Part shown: positions 63,853 through 64,000 of the stretch, in pieces
Layout: each line of letters begins with the position of its first letter
How positions within the stretch are numbered: position 1 is the first letter of the stretch
DNA from: Arenicellales bacterium
GTDB taxonomy: Bacteria; Pseudomonadota; Gammaproteobacteria; Arenicellales; JAHEKD01
DNA: 64,000 nt
Assembly (NCBI GenBank): GCA_965204695.1
Contig: OZ242007.1
Coordinates: 523,162 to 587,161 of the forward strand
Direction of reading: 5' to 3'
Program-made: the position numbers and the translations under genes
The notes under the pieces: model-generated
What the model was told of the DNA's origin: nothing
The model's database searches: none
The model's input: the letters and a program-made list of their open reading frames with translations, nothing else

Positions 63853-64000
63853 CTAAACGTCAATCGTCGTACGATCCACCCGGACACCAGGGCCCATGGT
63901 GGTTGAAAGTGTTACGCGACGTAAATATTGGCCTTTTGCTGCAGCCGGTTTTGCTTTAACCAGAGCGCCCATTAAGGCCAATAAGTTTGACTTAAGTGCA
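63853..64000 (-). CDS. rplA: 50S ribosomal protein L1, C-terminal fragment (5' part outside the window)
   Basis: Hand translation of the minus strand gives ...[41 protein letters not shown], matching the L1 C-terminus. It sits upstream of rplJ. Confidence 0.85.
   Translation of the reverse strand, partial: ALKSNLLALMGALVKAKPAAAKGQYLRRVTLSTTMGPGVRVDRTTIDV

Overview
This is a 64-kb chromosomal segment from an AT-leaning Gammaproteobacterium. A marine methylotroph-like lineage is my low-confidence guess, based on gene content. Positions 35.9-64 kb, all on the minus strand, hold one contiguous and complete translation/transcription superoperon: rplA (partial)-rplJ-rplL-rpoB-rpoC-rpsL-rpsG-fusA-tuf, then the S10, spc and alpha operons, ending at rplQ. 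It includes rpmJ, which I found by hand because it is too short for the ORF track. Positions 0-35.9 kb hold housekeeping genes (gyrA, mtaD-ubiG-HAD-SDR, dsbC, maeB, a thrC-like gene) mixed with accessory metabolism. The accessory parts are: (1) a tightly coupled operon of an ArsR-methyltransferase fusion, an MTAN/PNP-like protein and a spore-photoproduct-lyase-like radical SAM enzyme (1-2708); (2) a ureohydrolase / SDR / non-pyrrolysine MttB-family / CaiB-type CoA-transferase cluster (4.5-9.3 kb); (3) a small secreted protein plus a bacterial astacin zymogen (9.7-11.0 kb); (4) a mcl-mtkA-mtkB-aminotransferase-PrpD-like-ALDH-LysR cluster (11.4-19.5 kb); (5) a PEAMT-like methyltransferase plus a GNAT (21.1-22.4 kb). 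One intact, GC-richer IS1380-like element with a 9-bp target duplication sits at 29960-31570. I saw no rRNA, tRNA, CRISPR array, prophage or recognisable defence system, and nothing here is clearly a new system. The best leads are the radical-SAM/nucleosidase-like operon, the orphan MttB cluster, 54-bp tandem copies of the gyrA 3' end, a dispersed intergenic repeat family, an anomalous tuf codon pattern, and structured leaders upstream of rpsL and rpoB. All calls rest on reading the sequence and on remembered family motifs; no database search was run.
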